The notes under the pieces: generated by a model
What the model was told of the DNA's origin: nothing
The model's input: only the letters and a program-made list of their open reading frames with translations
Databases searched by the model: none
Shown here: one piece after another, positions 47,530 through 59,950 of the stretch
Layout of the letters: each line of letters opens with the position of its first letter
Numbering within the stretch: position 1 is the first letter of the stretch
Program-made: the position numbers and the translations under genes
From: Mobula hypostoma
Taxonomy: Eukaryota
NCBI RefSeq assembly: GCF_963921235.1
Contig: NC_086097.1
Coordinates: 211,236,001 to 211,300,000 of the forward strand
Length of the DNA stretch: 64,000 nucleotides
Reading direction: 5' to 3'

Positions 47530-48510
47530 TTAGATAGATAGATAGATAGATATACTTCATTGATTCCGAAGGAAATTGGGTTTCGTTACAGCCGCACCAA
47601 CCAAGAATAGAGCATAAATATAGCAATACAAAAAACCACAAACAATCAAACAACAAAATGCAAACTATGCCAGATGGAAAATAAGTCCAGGACCAGCCAG
47701 TCAGGGTGTCTGACCCTCCGCGGGAGGAGCTGCAAGCTCGATGGCCACAGGCAGGAACGACCTCCCGTGCCGCCCAGTGTTGTATCTCAGTGGAATATGG
47801 CCGAAGTCCAACAGCAAAAAGTTCAGTATCCAGTCTACAAACACGTTCCTCGATTGTAATATGACCCGGATTGCACCATCTGTTGTTAACCAGAACAGTA
47901 AGCACCCAACTCCTTTATGCTTACCGCTCTCAGTGCACTTCCAGTCAGCCCGAACGGTCTGGAAGCCCTCTATGAAGAAGTTTTGATCGGGTATGTCCTC
48001 GTGCAGCCCCGTTCCAGTGAAACACATAACATTGCACTCCCGAAATGTTCTCTGATGCCTGGCTAGCGCACAAACTCATCCATTTTATTACCCACCGAAC
48101 TCCTCTTCTCCATAAGTCTCTGTTGTCTCGACCCGGTCCTCTTTCCTCGACTTTGTGATCTGCCTCTGCATCCTCTGTGTGTTTTCCTCCAGATTTCAGC
48201 AGGGGTCTCCGCCGCTCTGCTCGCTAAACCGGCCGGCATAAGCTCAATCAGCTGGTCCCTGGAATACACAATGCTACCATGCTTCTGTCCCACTAATGAG
48301 ACGTGTCGGAATGTAACTATTTCCAGCGCTAAAAACCCAAATAAAACTCTCTCTACCAGCATGTTAGAGAGGGTGCAGCTTCAACATGTTACCGTGCAAA
48401 AAAAAATACAAAACATAATGTAAGTTAAAAAGTAAGAAGGAAAAAGTAAGAATACTGGTCTGGAATGGCTGTAACAGGCTGCATGCACGACCAGCGCTTG
48501 CGCACAACAT
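47530..48510 (-). mobile_element. Internally deleted Rex1/Babar derivative, copy 2, including the 5' region
   Basis: IVYSRDQL leader; APE fragment MCFT..LHEDIPDQNF.IEGFQTVRAD...LVNNRWCNPGHITI; same junction as 35462-35945; (TATC)n tail. Confidence 0.85.
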
Positions 48511-51375
48511 AATCTTTGAAGATCAAAGTTTATGGGATATATGAATTTTACTGTTAATTGATCAAAATGTAAATTAAAAATCACTTTATAGATTTTGTAA
48601 AGTTGCTGAAACTTTCAGAATTATAATTTTGTTCCTACACGTTAAGTTAACAATGTTGTACAAAGGCGTGTATAATAGAGGACGTTGTATTTTGCAGTAT
48701 AATGGAGAAATACAACAAAAATTATGTAATCAAAGTCCATTGGGATGGTTTAAATTGATCTTTAAAATGAGATTCCTAATGACTGTGTATTCCACAATTC
48801 CACAAGTAGAGAGGTGAATGTGCATATGAAATCTTGGTGCACTTTTATGGAGGCACTTTGAGTTTCAGCCTATGCCAGAGGTGGTTGTAAACATTTGAAA
48901 TAACTGCGCACATCATGTCTTGGTGGACACTGAAGGTGACTGTGTACATTAAGTCTCGGTGTACTCTGGAGTTCAAAGTGTCCTCCATGTCCTGTCATCC
49001 AAGGCCCTATCTAAGGGTCACTTAAATATCCCTAATGTATTTTCTTTTATCACCACCCTCAGCAGTGCATTCCACACATCCAGCATCTATGTAAACAACC
49101 TACCTCTGACATCTCCCAATCACAGAGATTTATAGAACTACAACGTTACCTCACAGCTCTTGCACTCAATTCCCCCAACTAATGAAGGCCAACACACCAT
49201 ATGCCTTCTTAACCACCCTAACATTTTGCATGGCATTTGTTCATTTTCATTGGGGAATTTCCTACATATGCGTACTGGGAGAAAATCCTTTATTCCAGTC
49301 TTTAGGTTCTGGGCATTATAGCAAGACCAGCACTTACTGTATTTTACATTGGAGGTGTTCTCAGCTGGCCTTAAATAAATGTAATGCTGGGCTGGCTTTT
49401 TAAAAGCCATCGGTCAATGTGGTGAAAGTGCTCCTGGAATACTGCTTCATTGCAAGTTTCACGGCAAAGAACAAGTAGCAAATTATGCCCGAATAAAGAT
49501 AGTGTATGACTTGAAGGGAAATTTCGGAGTGTCATGTACTGCTTGTGCTCACTGTATTGCACCAGGTGACTATATTCATCAATATAGAATCCATAAATTT
49601 AAGAAGACCATTAAATTGACAAGTGAACAAATGAACAAATTGACTTTGGAAGCAATGGTAGATTGCATGCATGATGATAATATCAGAATGGTCCTATGCT
49701 CAAGAGAGACAACAGTGATGTCTGCAGTATCAAGGTCAAAACCATTCCTTCCCAATGACATCAGCAGAGTTGTCTTCATTGTTTAAAAATCACCTCAATT
49801 TTATGGTTGAAGGAATTGAATTTAATATTAGAGGATTTGTATGAGAATTCAATGTTTTCAATAGATATTTCAATAAATTACTTGCACTATTTAACATTTA
49901 AAATATTTTATAAGTTTGGCTGAGTAAAATAATTAAATACTAAATACTCTCGACATGAAAAATTGATATTATAAATGTCAACACAGTGAATTTTTGACTT
50001 AGCCAAAAAGCCAAAGTCTAACTCATTGGGAATCTGCTCAGCTGGTTCAATTTTCAAAGTAACTAAGGATTATCTTTTACAAAATCCTTGTCTGTGGGGC
50101 ATTGTGAAGGGACATAATATTAAGGTGATTGGAGGAAAGTATAGAGGGGATGTCAGAGGTAAGTTTTTTTTTACACAGAGAGGTGATTGTGTGGAGAGCG
50201 TGGATGATAGAAAAATGGAGGGTTATGTGGGAGGGAAGGGGTTATATTTATCCTACAGCAGGTTAAAAGGTCAGCACATCACCGTTGTCTGAAGGACCTG
50301 TACTGTGCTGTAATGTTCTACATTCTATGTTCTCTTTTGAAGCACCACAGAATTATAAGGCAATTATTGTGAAGATGATTCTAGTTTTGGAGTACTTTAT
50401 CTGCTTTCCTGTGATGATTTATGGATGTTCTTTTCAAGTTTTAGATGTTGAGGAGGAAATTTGTGTTGAGCAAACTTCTTGCTCCAAAATTGGTTTCAGG
50501 CCTAATTATCAGGGGCAGAATTGAGTCCTCATTTTTCCGACAATATGTAGGATTACATTGTTGGTCTTGCTGATGACTGGCAGTTCACCTAATCTGTAGT
50601 GTGAATGATCTTTAAGTTATTGTGAACTTAATTTGCACGTGGGCTGTAGGCACTTGAGTATAGCCAACCAAACCAATTGCATGAAAGAGTATTTTAACCC
50701 CTAGTAATGGGTATGTTTTGGACAGATGGATTGTAACTCTTTTCTTTCTCCTTGTACTTGCTACTTCTAATTTATTAGAGACAGTCTGGGTATGGTGAAC
50801 AGTCAGCGTCTTCTCGGGAATGGATCATTCATTAAAACATATTAATGAGGCTGAATGCTTCATTTCCATTTTAGATGAATGGAGGTGAGGTGTACTGCAT
50901 GGAATGGGTAACTTGCTTCCCGGCACTGCTTGAGGACCAGCAGCGGTACTGCTCCATTTTGCTGCTTTTGACCTTGTCCGTCCTCCTTTCTCAGTGTGTT
51001 GGCAAACTTACTATCGTGTTTCAGCCACACAAAGGGTGAAGCTCAGCAATTAGCCTGTCCTCCGGATAGTGAGCGAGGTCAGCACTGCACTCCTGTCTGC
51101 TTGAATAAACGTCCTGATAAATATCTAGGCCACAGTCAAACAACAGAGAAGTGAGTCAGCCAGCCAGCCCAGCTAGAGGATGACTGCATTACTGCTCCAT
51201 CTGTGGTACAAGGAAGCAGGTTCATGGGATTGCTGAGTGACACAGAGGACACTGATCAGAATAAGGACATCAATCATTTACTTAAAAACAGTAAAACGTT
51301 CAATCAAACACCTAAGCCACCCTAAGTTACAAGAACTATGATACTAAACATTCAGTAACAATTCAAACTCATCAT

Positions 51376-52055
51376 ATTAGATTAGATTAGATTATGAGGA
51401 CACGTAGTCCTCTTTTATTGTCATTTAGTAATGCATGCATTAAGAAATGATACAATGTTCTTCCAGCATGATATCACAGAAACACAAGACAGACCAAGAC
51501 TGAAAAACTGACAAAAACCACATAATTATAACATATAGTTACAACAATGCAAAGCAATACCGTAATTTGATGAAGAACAGACAATGGGCACGGTAAAAAA
51601 AAAGTCTCAAAGTCTCTCGAAAGTCCCATCATCTCACGCAGACGGTAGAAGGAACAGAAACTCTCTTCCTGCCATGAACCTCCAGCGCTGCAAACTTGCC
51701 GATGCAGCACCCTGGAAGCACCCAACCACAGCCGACTCTTGAGTCCGTCCAAAAACTTCGAGCCTCCGACCAGCCCTCCAACACCGAGCACTGAGCACCA
51801 TCTCTGGCGAGCGCTTTGACCCTGGTCCTGGCCGCCAAGCAACAGGCAAAGCCGAGGATTTGGGGTCTTCCCCTCCGGAGATTCTCGATCGCACAGTAGC
51901 AGCGGCAGCGAAGCGGGCATTTCAGAAGTTTCTCCAGATGTTCCTCCGTGCTTCTCATGTTTGTCTCCATCAAATCAGAATTGTGCACGGTACCCTACTT
52001 AACAAATACAGATATCATTCACCGGAGAGGCCACCCGCGCGCCATCTTCTCCTTT
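51376..52055 (-). mobile_element. Non-autonomous retroposon (~660 bp family), copy 3, full length
   Basis: AAGATGGCG head (52040-52048 on the minus strand); hairpin and (CTAAT)n tail at 51376-51412. Confidence 0.85.
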
Positions 52056-52714
52056 CCAAGCTACACAAATACAAAACTAAACATTCAACAAGTAGGTACT
52101 TCGCTAAGAGTGCGTGTGGACCCTCCTATATTTGCAGAGTAATTTCCCAGTGGTGAAGATAAGTGCCCTGATTCAAAGGAAAGTAAAAGATTGAGCCCCC
52201 TGCACATGCTATTCATATACCCGCTAGGTGCCTGGAACCGGAAACCAATGGGAAACCAATGCAATCAATAGGATAGAGCAACCACATCCTTTAAATGGGC
52301 CAATCAATGACAGTTGTGGCGGAAGTGGCTTTCAACCGGCAAATAAGACAACACCCCTCATGACAACCTCATTTCTTAGCAAGATGTTCATTTTATTCAT
52401 ATCCTTACCACTGGCAAGCACTGCTAATGGTTCTGAACATTTGTTGTTAATTCGTGGAATGAAGACGTCAATGGCAAAGCTAGCTTTTATTGACCATTGC
52501 CTGTTAACCTTGGAAAGGTAGTGGTGAGCAATCTTCCTAACCTATTGCAATCATTTTGGTGAAGGAAATCCCTGCACTCGGGCAGGGAGATCCGAGATTT
52601 TGAGCAAAGTGATGATGAAAGTGTGGAAGTATGTTTTCAAGTCAGAAAGATCCACGAGTTGGAATGGAAAGGGCAGGTGGTGGTGTTCCAGTGCACCTTC
52701 TGCATGTTCAGTGG

Positions 52715-53615
52715 TCCAAGTAAATTTAATATCACAGTGCATATATGTCACCACATACAACCCTGATATTCACTGTCTTGCCGGCATTCATAGTAACTAA
52801 GAAACACACTAGAATCAATGTATGAATCAATACCCTCAATGTAGAATCAATGCCCTCAATAGGATGGACAGACAACCAATGTGTAAAAGACAACAAACTG
52901 TACAAACAATATTAATAATAGTAAATAAATAAACAATAAATATTGAGAGCGTGAGATGAAGAGTCCTTGAAAGTGAGTGCATATTTTTGGGAACAGTTCA
53001 GTGTGGGGCAGTGAAGCTGAGTGTTTACCCGCTATGGTTTAAGAGCTTGATGGTTGAGGGGTAATAACTGTTCCTGAATCTGGAGATGTTGCTCCTGATG
53101 CTCCTGTACCTTCTTGATGGCAGCAGCGAGAAGAGAGCATGGCCTGGATGGTTGGCATCCTTAATGATGGATGCTGCTTTCATGCGACAGAACTCTGTGC
53201 ACATGCGCACAATGGTGGGGAAAAATTTACCTGTGGTGGACTGAGTTGAATCCACAACTTTTTGTAGGATTTTCCATTAAAGAGCATTGATGTTTCCATA
53301 CCAAGTCATGACACAACCGGTCAATATACTCTCCACCACCCATCTATAGAAGTTTGTCAAAGTTGTAGATGACATATAGAATCTTCACAAACTTCTAACA
53401 AAGTAGAAGCGCTGCTGTGCTTTCTTCGTAATGGCCCTTATGTGCTGGATGCAGGACAGAGCCTCTCAAATAATAACACTGAGGAATTTAAAGTTACTGA
53501 CTCTCTCCACCTTGGATCCCTCGATGAGGACTGTCTCATTGATCTCTGACTTCTGCCTCCTGAAGCCAATAGTCAACACCTTGGTCTTGCTGACATTGAG
53601 AGAGAGGGTGTTGGC
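52715..53615 (-). mobile_element. Rex1/Babar LINE 3' part
   Basis: KAASIIKDANHPGHALFSLLPS.RRYRSI...RFRNSYYPSTIKLLN. Confidence 0.8.
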
Positions 53616-53774
53616 ACGGAGGTTATGGCTGTGGCAGGTTCCGTTAGACTGTGCTGGGCAAGCAAAACTTGATGATATACACAGTGAAACAAGTGGTGCA
53701 CAGAAGGGATGTTTAGTTGGTGAATTGGGTGGCAGTCAAGTAGACATAGAGACAGGTTGTATTAAGCTACCTGA

Positions 53775-54062
53775 GTATTATTTATTTATTTATGTATTTA
53801 TTGACATGCAGTGCGAAATAGGCCATTCCGGCCCTTCGAGCCCAGCGCATCCCCCAATTTAATGCTAACCTAATCATGGGGCAATTTACAATGACCAATA
53901 GCTTGCTCACTGATACGTCTTTGTGGGAGGAAACCGGAGCACCCAGAGGAAACCCACGCGGTCATGGGGAGAACATACAAACTCCTTACAGGCAGTGGCG
54001 GGAATTGAACCCAGGTCGCCTGTACTGTAAAGTGTTGAACAAACCACTACACTACTGTGCCA
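53775..54062 (-). mobile_element. V-SINE (HE1-like) with CR1-type tail
   Basis: GGGTTCAATTCCCGCCACTGCCTGTAAGGAGTTTGTATGTTCTCCCC...GTGGGTTTCCTCTGGGTGCTCCGGTTTCCTCCCACA. Confidence 0.85.
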
Positions 54063-54319
54063 TCTCAGTGTGCCTGATAGCGCACAATTGATTTTGGGAA
54101 GGTGTTGGATAGTGACCTTGAATGTCAGCAGTGTGGGATTGCTAGACCTTGCATTAGCACAATTTTCCCTCCAGCTAAAGCAGTAACCATTTTCATATAA
54201 GTGTACAAAAATGGGGCGCTCTTGACTTTTAAGTCACAGTGAGTCCATAACTTGTATCTATTTCCTGCCCAAAAAACAAATGTTTTTTGGCCTGTCATGA
54301 GTGCTAGCTGGATTTTGAG

Positions 54320-54790
54320 TAAAGAAGTAAGGAAAGCAAATGCAATATTAGCATTCATTTCATGAGGACTAGAATATAACAAAAGATGTAATACTGAGGC
54401 TTTATAAGGCATTGACCAGACAGCATTTGGAATATTGTGAGTACTTTTGGGCTCCTTATCTAAGAAAGGATGTGCCGGTGTTGGAGACCGTCCAGTGGAG
54501 ATTCATGAGTATGTTCCCAGGGGTGAAAGGGTTAACATATGAGGAGCAATTGATGGCCTGGACCTGTACTCACTGAGTTCAGAATAATAATGGAGGGCTC
54601 ACAATGAAAGCTATTGGATATTGAAAGGCCTAGATAGAGTGGATGTGGAGAGCATGTTTCTTCCCCATTAACTTTCCTTCTCCACAAATTTTCTTTTTTA
54701 CAGAAGGAGAATAAATTAGCCATGATGGAATGGTAGAGCAAGCTCGATGAACCAAAAGGCCTCGTTCTGCTCCTATGTCTTAAATCTTGT
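54320..54790 (+). mobile_element. CR1 3' fragment
   Basis: KANAILAFIS.GLEY...YKAL..QHLEYCE.FWAPYLRKDV, then a CR1 3' UTR. Confidence 0.75.
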
Positions 54791-55619
54791 AGAGTAGCTT
54801 TTTAGATTCACCTATTCTCTAAAATTAGATTCCTTTTTTTTTGCCTTGCCCTATCATCTCTCCTATAATTCAATTATTCTTTCCTTTCACCTGCCACCCT
54901 TCTTTCCTTTCTTTCCTCCCCCCCCACTTTCCCTGCCTCTTGTACATAACTGAAGAACTGCTATACGTCCAGCTCTACATGGCTTTGATTATCAGTGTAA
55001 TTCAAAACATTAGTTCTGCTCCTGTCCCTCCAAGTGTTTACATGAGCCGCTGGGTATTTCTAGCAGTTTTTTTTTCATTTCAGATTGACAGTATCCAGAG
55101 TATTTTGCTTTTGAATGTATTTAAATGGAGTAGATACTGAGCTGATCACAGAAATGAAAGAGTAGTGCTATATCTTCTGCTTCTGGTTCATTTAACTGAT
55201 AGGAATCTTCTGGAGCTGTAAAGTGTGAAAAATAATTAAGAGTATTACTGAAAAAAATTGGAACTTGGGTAAAAGGACAACAGATCAAATAGCTCATTAA
55301 ACTTACTGCCTCAACAGTCAATAAATAACCATTTCTAACCTGGATTCCACTCTATCCATTTAATCTCCTCAAAGTTCAGTAAGTTTTTCTGACATGCTAC
55401 ATTTAAAGGGACTGATGCTCCTGGCTACATTGGCCTTCATTGGATGAAATGCTGGAACCATTTGAAGGTCAAGGATTTTTTTAAGACCTCTTTCTCCAAA
55501 CTTAATTAGTTCCTGGGCTTTACTGCTGCACTCCCGAACAGCAGAAGCCATAAATAAATTTAGTAAGTATAGCAAAGTATAATAAGGTCTTGTTTCTGCA
55601 AGCTGCCTGATCTTCTAAG

Positions 55620-55900
55620 CATAAGAAAAGTAAATGAATTCTCCTCTCCTTGATAATGGAACTTGGATCTTCTTCTCTTGGGATTGAGCGTGACTTGGTT
55701 CCACTCCAGTTTTGTTCATTCCCAGGTGGTTGATGAGCCCAATGTGGAAGTCGTAAACACTTTCACAGATGGGACAGGAGGTGAAGCTTGGGTCATCTCC
55801 CAAATGCAACAGTGAGCCGCAAACTGTGAGATGAGGCCAAAATCAGCAACAGCAGCCTAGAATGCTCCCATGTCTCGGAAGCTGTTTGTAATCATGACCT
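55620..55900 (-). mobile_element. RTE-like LINE 3' remnant
   Basis: C-terminal zinc-finger-like CPICESV..FHIGLINHL. Confidence 0.5.
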
Positions 55901-56054
55901 TGATCTCTACAAGCAAAGGAGTCCAGTGATCAATGAGTTTTAGGGTGGTTTTACAACAGAAAAAAATCAGTCTAAAATTCTACCTAAAAAGCAGTGTTGA
56001 ATTTCTCATCAGACATCTAGACAACTGAAATGGGCATAAAAGATCAGCTTTATA

Positions 56055-56790
56055 AAGATAAAGAGCATTAGCTTTATTTCTCACATGTACATCGAAACCT
56101 GCAGTGAAATGTATCATGTGTGTCAAATCAAGTCAGCAAGGATTGCGCTGGGGGTAGCCCACAAGTGTCCTCACACTTTTGGTGCCAATACAGCATGCCC
56201 ACAACTTGCTAACCCTAACTATGCTGTACATCTTTGGAATGTGGGAGGAAACCAAACCAAAGCACCCGGAAGAAATCATGAGGAGAACATACATAGAGCA
56301 TAGAACATAGAATAGTACAGCACAGTACAGGCCCTTCGGCCCACAATGTTGTGCCGACCCTCAAACCCTGCCTCCCATATAAGCCCCCACCTTAAATTCC
56401 TCCATATACCTGTCTAGTAGTCTCTTAAACTTCACGAGTGTATCTGCCTCCACCATTGATTCAGGCAGTGCATTCCATGCACCAACCACTCTCTGAGTAA
56501 AAAACCTTCCTCTAATATCCCCCTTGAACTTCTCACCCCTTACCTTAAAGCCATGTCCCCTTGTATTGAGCAGTGGTGCCCTGGGGAAGAGGCGCTGGCT
56601 ATCCACTCTACCTATTCCTCTTATTATCTTGTACACTTCTAACACGTCTCCTCTCATCCTCCTTCTCTCCAAAGAGTGAAGCCCTAGCTCCTAGAACATA
56701 CAAACTCCTTACAGATTGCAGCAGGAATCAAACCTTAGTGGGAGTCATTGGTGCTAAAATGCACTTGTGCCAACAATTACACCACCAGGC
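56055..56790 (-). mobile_element. V-SINE split by a short CR1 insertion (56294-56692)
   Basis: The CR1 3' end (RRMRGD...RVVGAWNALP) is flanked by the 10-bp TSD AGAACATACA at 56284-56293 and 56693-56702. Confidence 0.85.
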
Positions 56791-57206
56791 TGCCCAATTC
56801 CAGAGCACTGGTTCAACTCCAGGGCATGGTTTGTTTCAGAGTTATACAAGGGAATTCGAAATCATGATGTAAATCTGCAATGCTGACAAAGGTGTAATCA
56901 GACAGACATCCATCCCTTATGTCACAATATAACATCTTGTAAGTGTATGTTAGTTCCAGGCAATTTGATGGAGAATTCACCAATATATCATGGGTCTAAC
57001 TTAACCATAGCTTCATGATGTCTTGTATTCGTTAATGTTTTGTCAACTGAAGTATTAATCTGTTACTGATTTACTTTAAAATCCATTTTCCTTCAGTCAT
57101 TAACTATCTAGATTATAAAACCCTTGAATCATTGGATCAATGATATTACAGAGTAAATGATGGTCAGAATTTCAGCCTGCTGCCTTCCGATCCAAAATAA
57201 ACTTAC

Positions 57207-57246
57207 CTTGCAAACCCGGAGTGTTTGGACTCCTGCCGTAGGTTGT
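57207..57246 (-). CDS. Candidate 40-nt internal exon of an unidentified host gene
   Basis: Minus strand: tttatttcttctttccAG|ACAACCTACGGCAGGAGTCCAAACACTCCGGGTTTGCAAG|GTAAGT. It lies in unique sequence and all three frames are open. Confidence 0.55.
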
Positions 57247-58059
57247 CTGGAAAGAAGAAATAAAGCATTTTAGAACCTGACATACTTTCCTATTGTTTGC
57301 CCTTTGCTGGGTCAGCCTTATTCTCCAACAAAGCCCATTGTAGAATGTAGACATTTGTAAATGAAGTTTATATAAGGACTCTTTCACCAACTTCTCTACA
57401 CAGAACGGCAGAAAAGAAACAGCTGGAGAAATCCAGTGGGTCGAGCAGCCTCTGTGGAAGGGAAGGAATGCTGATGTTTTGGCTGAGACCTTGCAGCAGG
57501 GATGAATGAGAGTAGGGAGGAAAGACAGCCAAGCTAAAGAGGAAAGTGGGGAAGGGTGAGTCAGGGGTCAGTAGGTCATAGGTGGACTGAGGAGGGATGA
57601 AGGGTGATGGAGCTAGGTAATGGAGAAGGGGAGGTGGAGTTGAGAGACAGGGGTTGGTAGGAGAAAGGCAGAAGCAGACATGAACAAAAGAAAGTGGGGG
57701 GAGGGTAAGTGAAGGTGAAGACAGCTACCGAAGGAAAACAAGCAAGGTCAAGGCCAATCAAAACATCGCGTCTATGCCAACTCACAGATTACAAACTTTT
57801 CCCGGAAAGCATTCTCATATAGTTCCATCAGTTTACCCTCACGCACCCCCCTCCCACAAATTCCACCACTTATCTACACACTGGGGCCAATTTAATATCA
57901 CCAATTAATCAATTTACACACCTTTGGGGTGTAGAAGGAAACCAGTGTAGCCTCATATCCTCATGGAGGCCATCCAGACTCCACACAGACAGCACCAGAG
58001 TTTGCAAATAAACTTGGATCTCTGGTGCTCCACTAGTTATGTCAGTGTGCCACCCCACA

Positions 58060-58470
58060 CTGATGTTAATTAAAAGCAAGGTTAAATAAATAGGTTTTGA
58101 GCTGGTGTATGAAAGTGTCAACTGAGTCTGCATCCCTTATAGTTTTAGTTATTGACCTCCAAAACTTGCGAGTGAAGTTCAAAAAAGCTAACTTGTCAAT
58201 TATCTTTTGAGGGAGATTGTTTAAATTTACAAGACCAGCAGGAAAAGACCTGAGAGCCTTATCAGGATTATGAAAGGAAAGCGATCCTGTGATGCACTCT
58301 GATCCTAGACCACTGAGAGCTTTTAAAACAAGTAAGAGAGCCATAAAAAGAGTTTAAACTTTAAAATCAAATGTAAAAGATACAGGAAGCCAATGCAGAG
58401 TAGTTATGACAGGAGGGATGTGCAACCTCATCTGGTTTTAGTTTAAAGTCTAACAGCGGTGTTTTGAATG
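58060..58470 (-). mobile_element. L2-clade LINE 3' fragment
   Basis: IRDADSVDTFIHQLKTYLFNLAFN* C-terminus. Confidence 0.7.
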
Positions 58471-58479
58471 AAGATAGAG

Positions 58480-59950
58480 TAAACTAGGGCAGGAACATAC
58501 AGAGAATGACAAGGCCTGGGACTGTTGTAGAACAGCTAGACCTAAGGATATAGGTACATAGTTACCTGAACGTGATGATACAGCAGACAGGGTGTTGAAG
58601 AAGGCATATGGCACTTTTGCCTTCATTGTACAGGGTATTGAATACAAGAGTTAGGATGTCATGTTACAGCTGTGCAAGATAGTAATGAGACCACGCCTGA
58701 AATATTGTATACAGTTCTAGTTGCTGTAATATAGGAAGGACAAGATTAAAATAGAGAGGGTGAGGAAATTTTTAACAAGGATTTTGCCAAGACTGGAGGG
58801 AGTTTGGGTGGAAAAACTTGATAAGATATTTTATTACACCCTCTCAGAAATCCTATTATGATAGTAACCTCCCTGTTTTCTGGAGAAATTGTGGAAACCA
58901 AAATGCAAACCATTATCATGTTTTCTGGGAATGCCCCATTATCAAAGACTATTGGAGTGGGATACACAATGCCCTACAAAACATCTTTAAATGTGAAATA
59001 CCCTAAGACTGTATATTTTGGGTATATACCTCTAGAATGGTTGAAAAGAGATAAATATTTAATGAATATACTGCTAGTGGTTGGTAAAAAGACCCTTACC
59101 AGGAAATGGTTATCACAGGAGAGCCCAACTTTAAATGTATGGATGGAAATTACAATGGACATTTACAAAATGGAGAAGATAACAGCATCTGTTAATCATA
59201 AGTTGGAACAATTCAATTCATACTGGGAAATATGGTTTAACTACATAACACCTCATAGGCCTGATTTTATTCTCACAAGTCGATGAATATGCTGTAAAAC
59301 AAAAGATCACTCCCTACTTTGTACATAGTTTTCTTCTTTTGATTGTTCTTTCTTTCCTCTCCTTTCTATAAGTGTATACCTCAGATAAATATTATGTTGG
59401 TATTTGTGACAAATATGACTATATGATACATATGTACAGTATCTGAAATACATCTTATGGAAAGTTTTGTTTGATGATGAACTTCAGTAAAAAATAAATT
59501 ACAAAACAAAAGAAGAAAAAAAAGGACTGGAGGAATTGAGTTATAAGGAGACACTGAACTGACTGGGACTGTTTTCCCTGGAGTGAAAGAGGCTGCGAGG
59601 TGATCTTACAGAGGTTTATAAAATCACAAGGAGCAGTCACAGCCCTTTTCTCCAGGGTAAGGGAATCTAAGACTATGTGGCATAGGTTTGGGGTGAAAGG
59701 GGAAGGAGATAAAGAGACCTGTGAGGCATGTGTTTCACACAGAGGATGTTGGGTATATGGAATAAGGTGCGGGAGGAAGTGATATAGATATGTACAATTA
59801 TAATAATTTAAAATAACATTTAGATTTGTTCACAATTAGTAAAGGGATATGAGACAAATGCAGGCAAATAGGACCAGCTCAGGATGAGATATTGGTCAGC
59901 ACAGAAGAGCTGGGCCGAAGGTCTTGTTTCCATGCTGTGTTACTATATGA
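58480..59950 (+). mobile_element. Old CR1 3' part split by an L1 insertion
   Basis: KKAYGTFAFIVQGIEYK...RPRLKYCIQF before the insert; LSYKETLN.LGLFSLE after it. Confidence 0.7.
58800..59524 (+). mobile_element. L1/Tx1-clade LINE 3' end with poly(A)
   Basis: Zinc-knuckle region WRNCGNQNANHYHVFWECP; A-rich tail; TSD GACTGGAGG at 58791-58799 and 59525-59533. Confidence 0.88.

Noticed and set aside
53990..54062. tRNA gene
   Set aside because: The box A/B head continues into the V-SINE body and there is no complete cloverleaf.
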